Shown in pieces: positions 23,382 to 35,661 of a DNA stretch of 64,000 nt. The notes under the pieces were generated by a model, which was given only the letters and a program-made list of their open reading frames with translations, made no database searches and was not told the origin of the DNA. The DNA is from an uncultured delta proteobacterium (lineage in GTDB: Bacteria; Desulfobacterota; Desulfobacteria; Desulfobacterales; QNYZ01): NCBI GenBank assembly GCA_963845145.1, contig CAWJQU010000008.1, positions 480,001-544,000 of the forward strand, read 5' to 3'. Made by a program: the position numbers and the translations under genes. Each line of letters starts with the position of its first letter. The first letter of the stretch is position 1.

Positions 23382-26300
23382 ATGCAAAAAATACGGCGCC
23401 ATATTATCATCGGATTGGGTATCATTTTTGGTTTGTTCGCCCTATCGTTCCTCAGCCTTATATTCTACCTTAATACCGACCATGCCCAGGCCCTGGGCCA
23501 GCGCTATATTAATCGCAACCTTCCGGGGACCATCGCTTGGCATAAATTGGACCTGGCTTTGTTCAGGGGAAAGATCGCATGCCGTAATTTTCGTTTGAAA
23601 GGCCCGGGTGATGAAGAGCTGGTCGTTCTGGACAGCCTCACCCTAAACTGGTCCTGGAGGGATTTAATAAGGGGACAGCTGGCCATCGAAGCACGCATTG
23701 CAAGCCCCCGGGTCCATCTTCGTCTGAACAATGATGGTAGACTAAATCTTGCCGAGGCGTTAACCACCCCAAGGCCGCCAGCGGCAAAAGATGAGAAGAC
23801 AAACCCCCTACCTCTCAATCTCGTCGTCAAATCATTGGCCCTTACCGATGGGGCTCTATGGTTCGAAGCGGATTCAGATCGCACGGTATTCAACATCCAT
23901 GGTATTGATCTGATGGTGCAGGGGAATTTGGCCAAAAAAAACGGCGGTTTGCAATTATCTTTTGCCGGTGGAAACCTTACTTTGCAGGATTTCCAGACGG
24001 TTCTGAAACCGTCGTCGCTGTCAGGCCAATTCGCCAATAACCGGCTAACCTCGATCCAATTGTCTGTGGCAACAACCACCGGTGAAGCAACTCTGGCCGG
24101 AAGTATTGACAACCCCTTTGAATCGCCCGTTTGCGATCTTCACGTACGCGCCTGGGCGGCATTGGAAAACATCACCACCGGCATTGTCCCCGCCGATCTC
24201 AAAGGCACAGTGAAAACGGCCATCAACATCAAGGGGTCCCTCGATAACCCGAATGCCGACCTGCAACTCTCATATAAAGGCAAAACCATCAGGGGGCAAT
24301 CGGTTGATCACCTGGAGGCCCGGGCCGGGTTATCCAATCGCCTGCTGACCATCAGCCAGCTGACGGTGACCAGTGGCACCGGCCAAGTGACGTTTAATGG
24401 TCAGACTGATTTAAAGCCGGTTTTTCCCAATGGCTTTTCTTCTCCCCATCCCGACTTTACGGCCGCAACACTGGATGGCGATTTGATAATTCAGGCCCCT
24501 GACCTGGCCGCATCGCTAACGCCTCTAGGTGTAAAGGATGTAAAAGGCGCGCTGGGGGCAACCGGGAAAATCACCGGGACCATTGCCCACCCCCAACTTG
24601 ATGTTCAGATCGATGGTGAAAATCTGGAATACGGCGAAATTCGCCTGGGAAGCGTGGGGATGACCGCAGCCCTGGATAATCAGGGCAAGCTTCGTATCGA
24701 GTCATTGACCATTGATAACCAGGGATCGGCAATCAAAGGCAAAGGCGATATCCTGGTCTTAGACTCAGCCAAAAGGCTTGAAACGAATCCCCCCCTTAGC
24801 CTGTCATTAACGCTAACCGATGTCGAAGCCCGAGATTTTGTTGACCAGGAGCTGGCCCAAGGTTATCTGAATGGCACGGTGGCTTTGGGGGGCAGTCTAA
24901 AAGCCCCCCGGATCCGGCTAAACCTTAACGGTAGGGATATCCGCTTTAGGGATATCATCTTGGGGGATGTCACCGCCGCTTTGACTTATCAAGATGGCGG
25001 CTTGTTGGTGGAATCGGTTGAATTGACCAAGGGCCCCACGGTCGCCAAGATATCAGGAAGCGCCCGAATAATCGATCCGGCCACATTAAAAATAAAGACG
25101 AACCCGGAATTGGATTTGGCTGTAACGGGTAAAGATGTACACCTTGCCGATTATCTTCCCAATTGGCGCGGCCAAGTCTCTGTAGATGCCCGTCTAAAAG
25201 GCCCTCTGAAAGATTGCCATGGGCCCATTCGACTAAGCGGCAGTGATATTGTATCGCCATGGCAGTCCCTCGAGCAGTTGGAACTATCCGCATTTATCGA
25301 GGGTGACATTCTCAAAGTAGAAGAGCTATCCCTCTCCCCCGCCCCCGATGAATGGGTTCGATTAACGGGCCGCCTATCTCTCCGCCACATGGACGACGTC
25401 CATATCTCGAGCGATGGTATCACAATCGCCCATATTGACTGGTTAAAAGAAAAAGTCCCCATTGAAGGCAAACTAGCCGTCTCCCTAAAAGGCAACGGCC
25501 CATTTAGTAACCCGACAGCCAATGGCACGGTTGCATTAAAAGGGGTTACCGTTGATCAAAAGCCCTTAGATGACCTCCAGGGGAATATCGGAATTGCGGA
25601 CTTTATGACCTCATTTGATCTAAACCACGGTGCTATGAATGTTACCGGGACCTATCATCTATCACAAAAACTTCTGTCCGCATCTGCGCTTATCAATGCA
25701 GAGGATCTAACGCCCTATTTCGCCTTGTTTAATCTGCCGGACCTTGCGGGTCGCGTTCAAGGCAAGTTCAATATCGAGGGGAATCCGGGTAACCTCAACA
25801 AATTGACCATATCCGGCACACTAGCCGATGCCCGCCTGGATTTTAAAGGGCAAAAAATGGTGCAAACTCAAGATATCCAATTAACGTATGAGAACGGCCG
25901 TTTCAATATTCCAGGGTGGGAATTGACGCTGTTGGATAAAGGCCGTATTTATATTGAAGGCGCAGGCCGTCTGGGAATTGATATGGATCTCACCATTGAA
26001 GGCAACCTGCCTTTGGCGGTGGGCCGCATCCTCAGCCCGGCCCTGTATGATCTTAGCGGAGACCTGAAGCTGTCTGCCACGGCCAAAGGCGCGTGGGCCC
26101 AACCGAAAATCAGAGGCGATTTAACCCTTGCCTCAGGCACATTGACCCTACCGGCCTGGGGGGGGAAACTGCATGGGATTACCGGAAAGGCCATATTGCA
26201 ACCTCACGCCATCACCATCTCAAGCCTGGAAGGAAAACTCGATGACGGGCGATTCAGGCTAGATGGCAGGCTGGCTCTCGACCATTTTCGCCCTGGAGAA

Positions 26301-27272
26301 CTAACGCTCGCTTTGTCTGCCAACCGCCTGCCGATCAGGATCCCGGATAAATTGGACGTTTTTATCAGCAGCCGGTTGAACATGGAAGGCCTTCCGAATC
26401 GGACAGAGCTTAAAGGAAATATCGACCTTCTGGATGGGGTCTATTATCAGGACCTGCTGCTAAACCCTATGGATATGCTGAAACCAAAAACAAAGCGGCC
26501 GGTTGAACCCAAAAAGCCAGGTATTACTTTTCCTTACCTGAAAAATCTTAGCCTCGATGTGGCTGTATCATCCCGAAATCCGTTTATGGTCGAAAATAAT
26601 ATAGCCGAACTCGAAATTGTCTCGGATGTACACATCCAGGGGAAATTGAATCGACCCGAAATAACCGGTCAAACCGATATCGCCGAGGGCACGATTCGGC
26701 TCTGGAATCGACAATTTCAAGTTACCCGCGGTATTATCGACTATGGGGATCCATATTCCCTTCGTCCGGGAATCGATGTTCGCGCCGAGACGGATATTCG
26801 GCAATGGAAAATCCAAATCGATTTGACCGGATCGGTTGATAACCTCCAAATTAAGCTCAGTTCAAATCCCTCGGAGCAATCCGGAGACATCCTTGCCCTT
26901 ATCCTTACCGGCAGAACTTCCCGGGAAATGGCTGCCGGTGAAAGCGGAAAAGCGGGCACTACCGGCGCTGCCCTGGCTGCTTTGGCCGGGACCCCTCTGG
27001 GTGAACAGCTCAAAAAGGCTGCACGAATTGATTCTCTAGAGGTCGATAGCGTCACGGAAGGAGAAGAAGACGGTGAACGTACGCGTGTGACTCTAGGCAA
27101 AAACCTTTCGGATCGAATGACCCTTAAATATCGTATGGAAACCAAAGAGGGTGAACTCGTTCAAAAAACCATTGCCGAGTATCAACTCCTGGAGAACATC
27201 CTGGTATCCGGCTTTCAGGATAGTAACGGCATTTACGGCGGAGCGCTTCGGTATAGAATTGAATTTCGTTAA
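23382..27272 (+). CDS. tamB: Translocation/assembly module TamB-like protein
   Basis: 1296 aa, N-terminal anchor, repeated beta-rich segments, C-terminal DUF490-like region (LSSNP...ILALILTG; LRYRIEFR); adjacent to an Omp85 gene. Confidence 0.82.
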   Translation: MQKIRRHIIIGLGIIFGLFALSFLSLIFYLNTDHAQALGQRYINRNLPGTIAWHKLDLALFRGKIACRNFRLKGPGDEELVVLDSLTLNWSWRDLIRGQLAIEARIASPRVHLRLNNDGRLNLAEALTTPRPPAAKDEKTNPLPLNLVVKSLALTDGALWFEADSDRTVFNIHGIDLMVQGNLAKKNGGLQLSFAGGNLTLQDFQTVLKPSSLSGQFANNRLTSIQLSVATTTGEATLAGSIDNPFESPVCDLHVRAWAALENITTGIVPADLKGTVKTAINIKGSLDNPNADLQLSYKGKTIRGQSVDHLEARAGLSNRLLTISQLTVTSGTGQVTFNGQTDLKPVFPNGFSSPHPDFTAATLDGDLIIQAPDLAASLTPLGVKDVKGALGATGKITGTIAHPQLDVQIDGENLEYGEIRLGSVGMTAALDNQGKLRIESLTIDNQGSAIKGKGDILVLDSAKRLETNPPLSLSLTLTDVEARDFVDQELAQGYLNGTVALGGSLKAPRIRLNLNGRDIRFRDIILGDVTAALTYQDGGLLVESVELTKGPTVAKISGSARIIDPATLKIKTNPELDLAVTGKDVHLADYLPNWRGQVSVDARLKGPLKDCHGPIRLSGSDIVSPWQSLEQLELSAFIEGDILKVEELSLSPAPDEWVRLTGRLSLRHMDDVHISSDGITIAHIDWLKEKVPIEGKLAVSLKGNGPFSNPTANGTVALKGVTVDQKPLDDLQGNIGIADFMTSFDLNHGAMNVTGTYHLSQKLLSASALINAEDLTPYFALFNLPDLAGRVQGKFNIEGNPGNLNKLTISGTLADARLDFKGQKMVQTQDIQLTYENGRFNIPGWELTLLDKGRIYIEGAGRLGIDMDLTIEGNLPLAVGRILSPALYDLSGDLKLSATAKGAWAQPKIRGDLTLASGTLTLPAWGGKLHGITGKAILQPHAITISSLEGKLDDGRFRLDGRLALDHFRPGELTLALSANRLPIRIPDKLDVFISSRLNMEGLPNRTELKGNIDLLDGVYYQDLLLNPMDMLKPKTKRPVEPKKPGITFPYLKNLSLDVAVSSRNPFMVENNIAELEIVSDVHIQGKLNRPEITGQTDIAEGTIRLWNRQFQVTRGIIDYGDPYSLRPGIDVRAETDIRQWKIQIDLTGSVDNLQIKLSSNPSEQSGDILALILTGRTSREMAAGESGKAGTTGAALAALAGTPLGEQLKKAARIDSLEVDSVTEGEEDGERTRVTLGKNLSDRMTLKYRMETKEGELVQKTIAEYQLLENILVSGFQDSNGIYGGALRYRIEFR

Positions 27273-30086
27273 ATACACACACATATGGATTATTGTCATC
27301 GTCATGCTGACCGTGTTTCCCCAAACGGGTCATGCGGACACATCCCCCGGCGTGGAGCCCCCTGTAATCACGGCCATCCGCATCAATATCATCAACCATC
27401 CGGACCCTGGGGGCGAGATTCGGCATCTGGCCGAAACCCGCCTTCAGTTAAAAAAAGGAGATTCGTTCTCCCCGCATCTGCTGGAGCAAAGCATCGTTGC
27501 GCTGCGCCGGACGGGCCGGTTTGAATCGATTCATGCGGACAGCAATGCGGATAAGAAACAGGTTGAACTCCAATTCAACCTCAGGCCCTATCCGTTGATC
27601 AAACAGATACGGATTAAAAATGCCTTTCCGGTTTTTCACGGCGACATCCTGAAAACCTTGACCCTGACCACCGGCGACGCCATGCAATCGGAACAGATCC
27701 CCCGGCAGGGCCAGGCGGTCACCGAACTTTACCGCAAGCAGGGTTTTATCGCCCCTATCGTGGACTTAACAACCCACATCGACCCCACAGACGGTCACGG
27801 CACTTTGAATATTCAGGTTGATAAAGGGCCCCACTTTCGTCTGGGACAATTGACTTTTAGCGGGAATACGTCGCTTTCCGATTATCGGCTCAAGCTTAGA
27901 ATGAAAACCTGGCGGCGATCATTGGCCTTAGGTGTTTTTGGCCGATTTATTGAAAGCGAACTGAAAGAAGATATCACGGCCCTCAATCAGTATTACCGAA
28001 AGCAAAAATTTGCCGAAGCCCGTGTCGGTTACAAACTGGAAAAAATGAGAGATACCCGTACCATCAACCTGGTGCTCGAAATCAACGAAGGTCCCCGATA
28101 CCGGTTTGAATTTGAAGGCAATGAGAAAATTTCCAGCCACGCATTAAAAAAAGATATGGCCATTTCCATCCTGAACAACAAGAGAAACCGGGACTTGCGC
28201 AAAGTCCGTAAAACGATTGAAAGCAAGTATCGCCAAGCGGGTTACCTGGAAGCATCCGTGACGATTGATGATGAATCGGCCACGGAAAACGGACGACCCG
28301 TGCGTCTGATCCGTTTTAATATCCATGAAGGCCCCCGCTCGGTGATTCAAAACGTTGAGATTAAAGGTAACCGGAGCATCCCCGCAGAGTCCCTCAAAGC
28401 CAATATCCTGACCCGCCCGCGCAAATGGAATCAAGACGGCAGCTTTTCACCTGATAAACTAGCCGATGATCTGCAGGCCATTCGATTTCAGTATTCTGAA
28501 AAAGGATACCTGAGTCCTAATGTACAGGCAGACAAATCATTCAACCCAACCAGAGAAAAGGTCGATATCACCTTTCTGGTGGATGAAGGGCTTAAAACTC
28601 AGGTCCACCAGGTGACGTTCAACGGATTAACCGCCATCACCCGTGACCAGGCTATAAACAATCTGACGCTAAAACCGGGAGCCCCCTTTCGCGACTACAT
28701 GGTCGGCAATGACGAAAACGTATTAAAATCCCTCATAGCGGCCCAAGGATATCCCCAGGTCAAAATAACCGGCAATGTTGAACTCTCTCCGGATAAAACC
28801 CAGACAAGCATCATCTATCGAATCGAAGAGGGCCCATTTGTGCGAAGGGGTGAGGTATTTTACCAGGGCAATTTTAAAACGCGCCGGAAAGCGTTAGACA
28901 GGGAATGGACCCTTTCCAAGGGGGCACCATTGAACCCCTACCGACTTCTCGAAAGCGAAAACAATATCCGTAACCTGGATATTATTAACACGGCAAAGTC
29001 CACGCCTCTGGGGTTTACGGCAAAGTCCACGCCTCTGGGGTTTCAGGATCAAAATGAAACCGTTGACATGCTTCTGACGGTTGGGGAGCGAAAACCCTAT
29101 TTTTTTGAACTCAGCGGAGGCTACGAAAGTGATCGCCGCTTTTTTATCTCCACCAAGCTCGCCGATCGAAATTTCTTAGGCATGAATCGATTGGGCTGGA
29201 TATCGAGCGAAGTCAGCGAAATCGGCTATCGTTTTGAGTCCGGAATTAGGGAGCCAAGATTGTTCGGAACCCGCATTGCCACCAATTTTCACGGCTTTTA
29301 CGAGCATCAGGAACAATTTAATCAGGACTTCGGTATTGAAAAGTCCGGTGCCACCCTTGGCTTCGAGCTGACCCCGACCCAACGGATCGCCACCGGTCTT
29401 CATATTAAATACGAGTTACTCGACCTTTTCGAAAAAGACGGGGCCGATCCATCCGCCACGCCTTCAGAGATAGAACAGGAAAAACTGAGAAATGTTCTGG
29501 TTGGTACGCCACGGATTCAATTTGATAGTCGTGATTCATTTATTCGACCCCGCAAAGGTATTTTTTCTCTGGGTGACATCGATATCTCCAGAGGTTTGAG
29601 AAACGACCTGGACGATTTCCTACGATATCGTTTAGACTTTCGTTTTTTCTGGACACCTGCGGACGCCTTGACCTTCGCCATTATCGGCCGGGGGGATATC
29701 TTACCCCTTACAGCCAATCCGGCGACGTCCCCAAAGACCAATTGTTTTACCTTGGGGGAAATGCCGATATTCGCGGGTTTAAGCAAAACGCCATGCTAAC
29801 CGATACGAATGGCGATGCGGTGGGAGGAAAAAAATCTCTCAATGGCAGCGTGGAGGCGCGAATCGCCATCGGATCCAGCTGGGAACTGCCGCTATTTGTA
29901 GATGTGGGTTGGCTGGGAGGTATCCAGGAACCGGGGATTGAATCGGATGTACGCGTAACCGCGGGTACAGGGTTGCGGTATATTACACCTATCGGCCCCC
30001 TCGGCATTCTCTACGGATACAAATTGGATCGTCAACCCGGCGAGGCAGCGGGTGCCTTTCACTTTTCACTTGGGTACACATTTTAA
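27259..30086 (+). CDS. Omp85 family (BamA/TamA-like) outer membrane protein with multiple POTRA domains; one frameshift at a G run near 29690
   Basis: Signal peptide, repeated POTRA motifs (EGP..., F.GN, Y...GY), FYLGG..IRGF, GLRYITPIGPL, terminal SLGYTF. Confidence 0.88.
28990..29043 (+). repeat. Perfect 27-bp in-frame tandem duplication
   Basis: ACGGCAAAGTCCACGCCTCTGGGGTTT x2, encoding TAKSTPLGF twice. Confidence 0.95.
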
Positions 30087-30128
30087 GCCCCCCTTGAAAG
30101 CCGTTTTGCCCCCCGCGAAGGCCGTTTT
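30087..30128. repeat. 21-bp imperfect tandem duplication
   Basis: GCCCCCCTTGAAAGCCGTTTT / GCCCCCCGCGAAGGCCGTTTT (18/21 identical) between convergent genes. Confidence 0.7.
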
Positions 30129-30147
30129 GATAGGTATCTAAACGAGA

Positions 30148-31251
30148 CTATTCAAACATAAAGCGACGCATGCTGACGTTGATCAGCAGGCCGAAGGCGG
30201 CCATAATTGTAAGCGTTGAAGAACCACCGTAACTGATCATCGGCAAGGGCACTCCGACCACCGGCATCAACCCCATGACCATACCGATATTGATAAACAT
30301 TTCCCAAAAAATGATGGATAGCATGCCCACGACCAATAGAATACCGAACGCATCGCGGCATTTATGCGCGATATTCAACCCCCACAACAGGATCATCAAA
30401 AAAAGAAAAATCACGACCCCTGCCCCGATAAAACCCCACTCTTCAGCCAGAACGGAGAAAACAAAATCGGTATGTTGTTCGGGTAAAAACGAGAGGGCAT
30501 TCTGAGTCCCCTCCAGATACCCTTTTCCCGACACCCCTCCGGAACCGATGGCGATCTTCGATTGAATGATATGGTACCCCGTCCCCAGGGGATCACGCTC
30601 CGGATTTAAAAACGTCAAAATACGCTGTTTTTGATAGTTTTTCAGTACAGACCAGACCAGCGGAATAGAAACAGCACCGCCGGTCATCAACAACATGAAG
30701 GTGTGCCGACCGATCCCGCAAAAAAGGATCATGCTGCCGGCGATCAGAACAAGGACCATGGCGGTTCCCAGGTCCGGTTGTTTGAGAATCAAGGCGCATG
30801 GCAATAAAACGATGAGCATCGGCTGAATCAAATCCACCAGGTTGAAGCCGTCTTTTTTAAGATGCCGGGATAAATAGTGCGCCAACATGATGACCAGGGC
30901 GACTTTCATAATCTCCGAAGGCTGCAGTGACATGGGGCCGAGCACAAGCCATCGCCTGGCCCCTCCCACGAATTTTCCGAAAATCAAGACACTGCCCAAT
31001 AACCCCAGGCAGCTGAAATAGACGACCAATGCATATTGATCAAACCGTTTATAGCTGAAGATAAAACAGATAATCATCACCAAGGCCCCGAACCCAAACC
31101 AGATTAATTGTTTCAGATACAAATTCTGTTGGAAAGTCGAACCACCGGCGTTAACCGCACTATAGATGGTAAGAACCCCGATGGTGGCAAGGAGTATCGC
31201 CAGCCCGAGCAATCCCCAGTCAAAATAAGCTACCAACCGTCGATCGAACAT
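30148..31251 (-). CDS. rodA: Rod shape-determining protein RodA
   Basis: GARRWL, QPSEIMK, QPDLGT, FLPEQHTDF, SYGGSS. Confidence 0.96.
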   Translation of the reverse strand: MFDRRLVAYFDWGLLGLAILLATIGVLTIYSAVNAGGSTFQQNLYLKQLIWFGFGALVMIICFIFSYKRFDQYALVVYFSCLGLLGSVLIFGKFVGGARRWLVLGPMSLQPSEIMKVALVIMLAHYLSRHLKKDGFNLVDLIQPMLIVLLPCALILKQPDLGTAMVLVLIAGSMILFCGIGRHTFMLLMTGGAVSIPLVWSVLKNYQKQRILTFLNPERDPLGTGYHIIQSKIAIGSGGVSGKGYLEGTQNALSFLPEQHTDFVFSVLAEEWGFIGAGVVIFLFLMILLWGLNIAHKCRDAFGILLVVGMLSIIFWEMFINIGMVMGLMPVVGVPLPMISYGGSSTLTIMAAFGLLINVSMRRFMFE

Positions 31252-31255
31252 GGCT

Positions 31256-33118
31256 TTATCCGTCTGATAAGGGTTTGGTTTGTTGGGTATGAAGCTGCGA
31301 AGTGTTCTTTTCCAGGTACATAGCAATCACTTCTCTGGCAATGGGAGAGGCGCCGCTGGAACCGTGTTCACCATGCTCCACCAGGACAGATACGGCAATT
31401 TTGGGATCATCTGCCGGCGCATAAGCCACAAACCAGGCATGCGATTTCAAATGATAGGCCATATCTTCTTCTTTCATGTTTTCATTGGTTTTACGGCTGA
31501 ACACCTGGGCCGTTCCCGTTTTTCCGCTGATTTCCACATCCTTTAAGCGGGCGACCCGTGCCGTTCCCCTTTTTCCATTGACGACCTGCCACAGTCCCTG
31601 CTGAATGAGTTTGAGGTTCCGTTGGCTGACAGGCAGCTTGCCGGCCAACCGTTTTTCAAAGGAACTTACCATTTCGCCATCGGCGGTCATAACCTCTTTT
31701 AATATCAAAGGCTGGTAACGATTACCGCCGTTGGCTACAGCCGCGGTCAAAACAGCCATCTGAAGGGGTGTCGTCAAATTAAACCCCTGACCGATGGCAA
31801 TGGAGAGGGTTTCCCCACCCTGCCAGCTCACACCGGTTTTCTTTTTCTTCCAGGCCGCCGTGGGAATCAGCCCCTTGCTCTCATGGGTTAACTTAACACC
31901 GGTTTTAGCGCCCAGGCCGCAAGCTTTGGCATACCATGCCAGCCGGTCGACACCGAGCTTTTGACCGACTTGATAAAAATAAACGTCGCAGGATTCCGTT
32001 AACGCTTTTTCAATAGTAACCTTGCCATGCCCGCCTCGCTTCCAGCATCGGAACACACGATTGCCAAGCCGGTATTGGCCCGGACAGAAAAAGACGGTAT
32101 TTGAATCGACCACCCCTTCCTCCAGCCCGGCCATGGCTGTGACAATTTTGTAAGTGGAGCCGGGTGGATACTCACCCTGGATGGCCTTGTGCGTCAAGGG
32201 GTGAAATGGGTCGGACACCAGGGATTTCCAGTATTTGTGCGTCAGGCCCCGGACAAAGGCATTTTGATCAAACGCAGGACTACTGACCAGCGCCAATATT
32301 TGGCCATTATTGGGGTCCATAGCAACAACAGCCCCCGATTTATCCGCCATAAGTGCTTCGGTTCTTTGCTGTAATCGCTGATCGATGGTCAAATAGATAT
32401 TCTTACCGGCTTCAGCCGGGACGGTCTCTAATATCTGGACCACCCGGCCACTTGAATTAACCTCCACCTGTCGACCGCCGGGCCGACCGCTTAAAATATG
32501 TTCAAAAGACTTTTCCACGCCAAACTTACCAATATACTCCCCTTGCTTTCGACTGCCATGGGCTTCTTTTTTCAGTTCGGCCGGACTGATTTCCCCCATA
32601 TACCCGATGAGATGGGCCCCACTCTCGGCGTAGATGTAATGCCGCACCGGATTGATATCGACGATAACGCCGGGTAAATCGAACCGGTTGACTTCAATCG
32701 CCGCCAGCATATCGCGGCCGATATCGCGTTTTAAACCAACCGATTGATACCCTGATATTTTTTTTTTACCAAGCCTCTCAACCCAATGGGCTGCGGGTAC
32801 ACCGGTATAAGCTGCCAGCTTGGCAATGGTTCGGGTAATCGGGTCGGCATCTTTGGGGATAATGGCGAGGTCAAAGGAAGGGCGGTTGTCCACCAGCATC
32901 TCCCCATTCCGGTCGAAAATCAATCCTCGCGGTGCATCAATGGTTTGAAGGCGAATACAATTATTCGCCGACAGCTGCCGATATTTGGTGCCACTGATTA
33001 TTTGCAGATAGGCAAGTCGGGAGAAAAGTACGCAAAAAACCATCAGGATCGTAATCAAAACAAAGGTCAACCGCTGTTTGACCCACTCCATTTCAATGTT
33101 ATTCAGGTGTGTTGCCAT
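31256..33118 (-). CDS. mrdA: Penicillin-binding protein 2
   Basis: APRGLIFDRNG, PPGSTYK (SxxK), SCD, KTGTAQ; in the mre operon. Confidence 0.96.
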   Translation of the reverse strand: MATHLNNIEMEWVKQRLTFVLITILMVFCVLFSRLAYLQIISGTKYRQLSANNCIRLQTIDAPRGLIFDRNGEMLVDNRPSFDLAIIPKDADPITRTIAKLAAYTGVPAAHWVERLGKKKISGYQSVGLKRDIGRDMLAAIEVNRFDLPGVIVDINPVRHYIYAESGAHLIGYMGEISPAELKKEAHGSRKQGEYIGKFGVEKSFEHILSGRPGGRQVEVNSSGRVVQILETVPAEAGKNIYLTIDQRLQQRTEALMADKSGAVVAMDPNNGQILALVSSPAFDQNAFVRGLTHKYWKSLVSDPFHPLTHKAIQGEYPPGSTYKIVTAMAGLEEGVVDSNTVFFCPGQYRLGNRVFRCWKRGGHGKVTIEKALTESCDVYFYQVGQKLGVDRLAWYAKACGLGAKTGVKLTHESKGLIPTAAWKKKKTGVSWQGGETLSIAIGQGFNLTTPLQMAVLTAAVANGGNRYQPLILKEVMTADGEMVSSFEKRLAGKLPVSQRNLKLIQQGLWQVVNGKRGTARVARLKDVEISGKTGTAQVFSRKTNENMKEEDMAYHLKSHAWFVAYAPADDPKIAVSVLVEHGEHGSSGASPIAREVIAMYLEKNTSQLHTQQTKPLSDG

Positions 33119-33652
33119 TTACGCTAAACCGTTGTGATTTCCGGTCATCACCAGGCGATGACGCCATCGCATCGAACGTTCGTACATTTTTTTGATTAAA
33201 AGTAAAACAAACGGGCCGGTTAATAGCGCCCAAATCATCTGAAGGACAACGATATCAATGCCAATCCTAAAAATCGGCCCGAATGGCGCATCAATGGATA
33301 TGGCACCGATCAGGTGCACCAGGTTTTCAACAAAAACGCCGAAGACAACCACAACAGGCGTAATCAGTGTATTGCTCAAACGGAAAAAAGTTAAAGCCCA
33401 GCGGACAGAGACAAATACCCAGAAATAGGTGGTCAGGTACAATCCGTATGACCCACCGGTGAGGCCGTCCATGGCCAGGCCAAACAGGCCGACGATAATC
33501 AGGCCTTCCTTTAATGGACGGTAGAGCCCCAGGAATATGATTTGCACCAGGAGAAGATCGTAGAAGCCAGCAAATAACCCCACATACTGGATGAGCGTCG
33601 TCTGACAAACCATAATCACAAGCCCGATACTTAAATGAAAAAAGTAGGTCAC
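33119..33652 (-). CDS. mreD: Rod shape-determining protein MreD
   Basis: Hydrophobic 177-aa protein between mreC and mrdA. Confidence 0.8.
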   Translation of the reverse strand: MTYFFHLSIGLVIMVCQTTLIQYVGLFAGFYDLLLVQIIFLGLYRPLKEGLIIVGLFGLAMDGLTGGSYGLYLTTYFWVFVSVRWALTFFRLSNTLITPVVVVFGVFVENLVHLIGAISIDAPFGPIFRIGIDIVVLQMIWALLTGPFVLLLIKKMYERSMRWRHRLVMTGNHNGLA

Positions 33653-34485
33653 GGGTTCGTTTCCACACCATGTCTTATCGGCGGCAGCATCACGACCACT
33701 TCCTCAAGTTTCTCAAAATCCACAAAGGGCGCCACGGATACATGTTGAAATATACCCGCATGGGGCCGATCCACAGTTAACACGGTCCCGATCGACAATC
33801 CTTTGGGAAAAACACCATCAAGGCCCGAAGTGATAATAACATCCCCGACAATGACTTCGTGTTTACGCAACAAATACTCAAAGACACACTGGTCTTCTGT
33901 CCCCCCCTTGATAACGCCCCGGGCCCGGGAGCGTTGAATCATGGCGTCGACCGCACTGTTTTGATCGATGAGTAAAAGTACCTTGGCGTATTTTTTTGAT
34001 GTTTCAATGACCTGGCCCACAATGCCTTCGGCCATCACCACGGGATACCCTTGGTCAATACCATCAGCACTGCCTTTGTTGATCACGATCGTTTTGAACC
34101 ATGGCGATGGATCCTTGCCGATAACTTCTGCTGCGACGATTTCGCTCGCATCCGTTATCTTAAAAGCGAGTAACTTGCGCAGGCGTTGATTGGCCAAAGT
34201 GAGTTCTTTGTGCTGATTGAGCTTGGTCTGAGTGGCCGCTAAAGCTTGTTTTAGCTGTACATTTTCCTGAGCCGCCGTAACCAGGTAGAAATACTGTTGC
34301 CAGATACGCTGATTGAACTGAATCCATCGCGTAACCACCTTCTGAAAAGGTGCCACCACGGACAGGGCGATTCGATAGGGTAAAAATGAAGAAGTACGGT
34401 GACGATCGGCAACGGTCAAGACAATGGTGTTGGCCGCAATGAACACAAGCACACCTAAAATCGCCACCGTTTTCCTAGAGAACAT
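33649..34485 (-). CDS. mreC: Rod shape-determining protein MreC
   Basis: TM helix, coiled coil, INKGSADGI, TSGLDGVFPKG. Confidence 0.93.
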   Translation of the reverse strand: MFSRKTVAILGVLVFIAANTIVLTVADRHRTSSFLPYRIALSVVAPFQKVVTRWIQFNQRIWQQYFYLVTAAQENVQLKQALAATQTKLNQHKELTLANQRLRKLLAFKITDASEIVAAEVIGKDPSPWFKTIVINKGSADGIDQGYPVVMAEGIVGQVIETSKKYAKVLLLIDQNSAVDAMIQRSRARGVIKGGTEDQCVFEYLLRKHEVIVGDVIITSGLDGVFPKGLSIGTVLTVDRPHAGIFQHVSVAPFVDFEKLEEVVVMLPPIRHGVETNP

Positions 34486-34488
34486 ATC

Positions 34489-35559
<1,071 letters not shown>

Positions 35560-35661
35560 TTATGACACCCATTTCCATCCCGATAGAACCAAAATATCCC
35601 AATTCTGACGTGTAAAATAATCAAGTATCAAAAGCGTATTATAAGGACAAGCAAAATCTTG

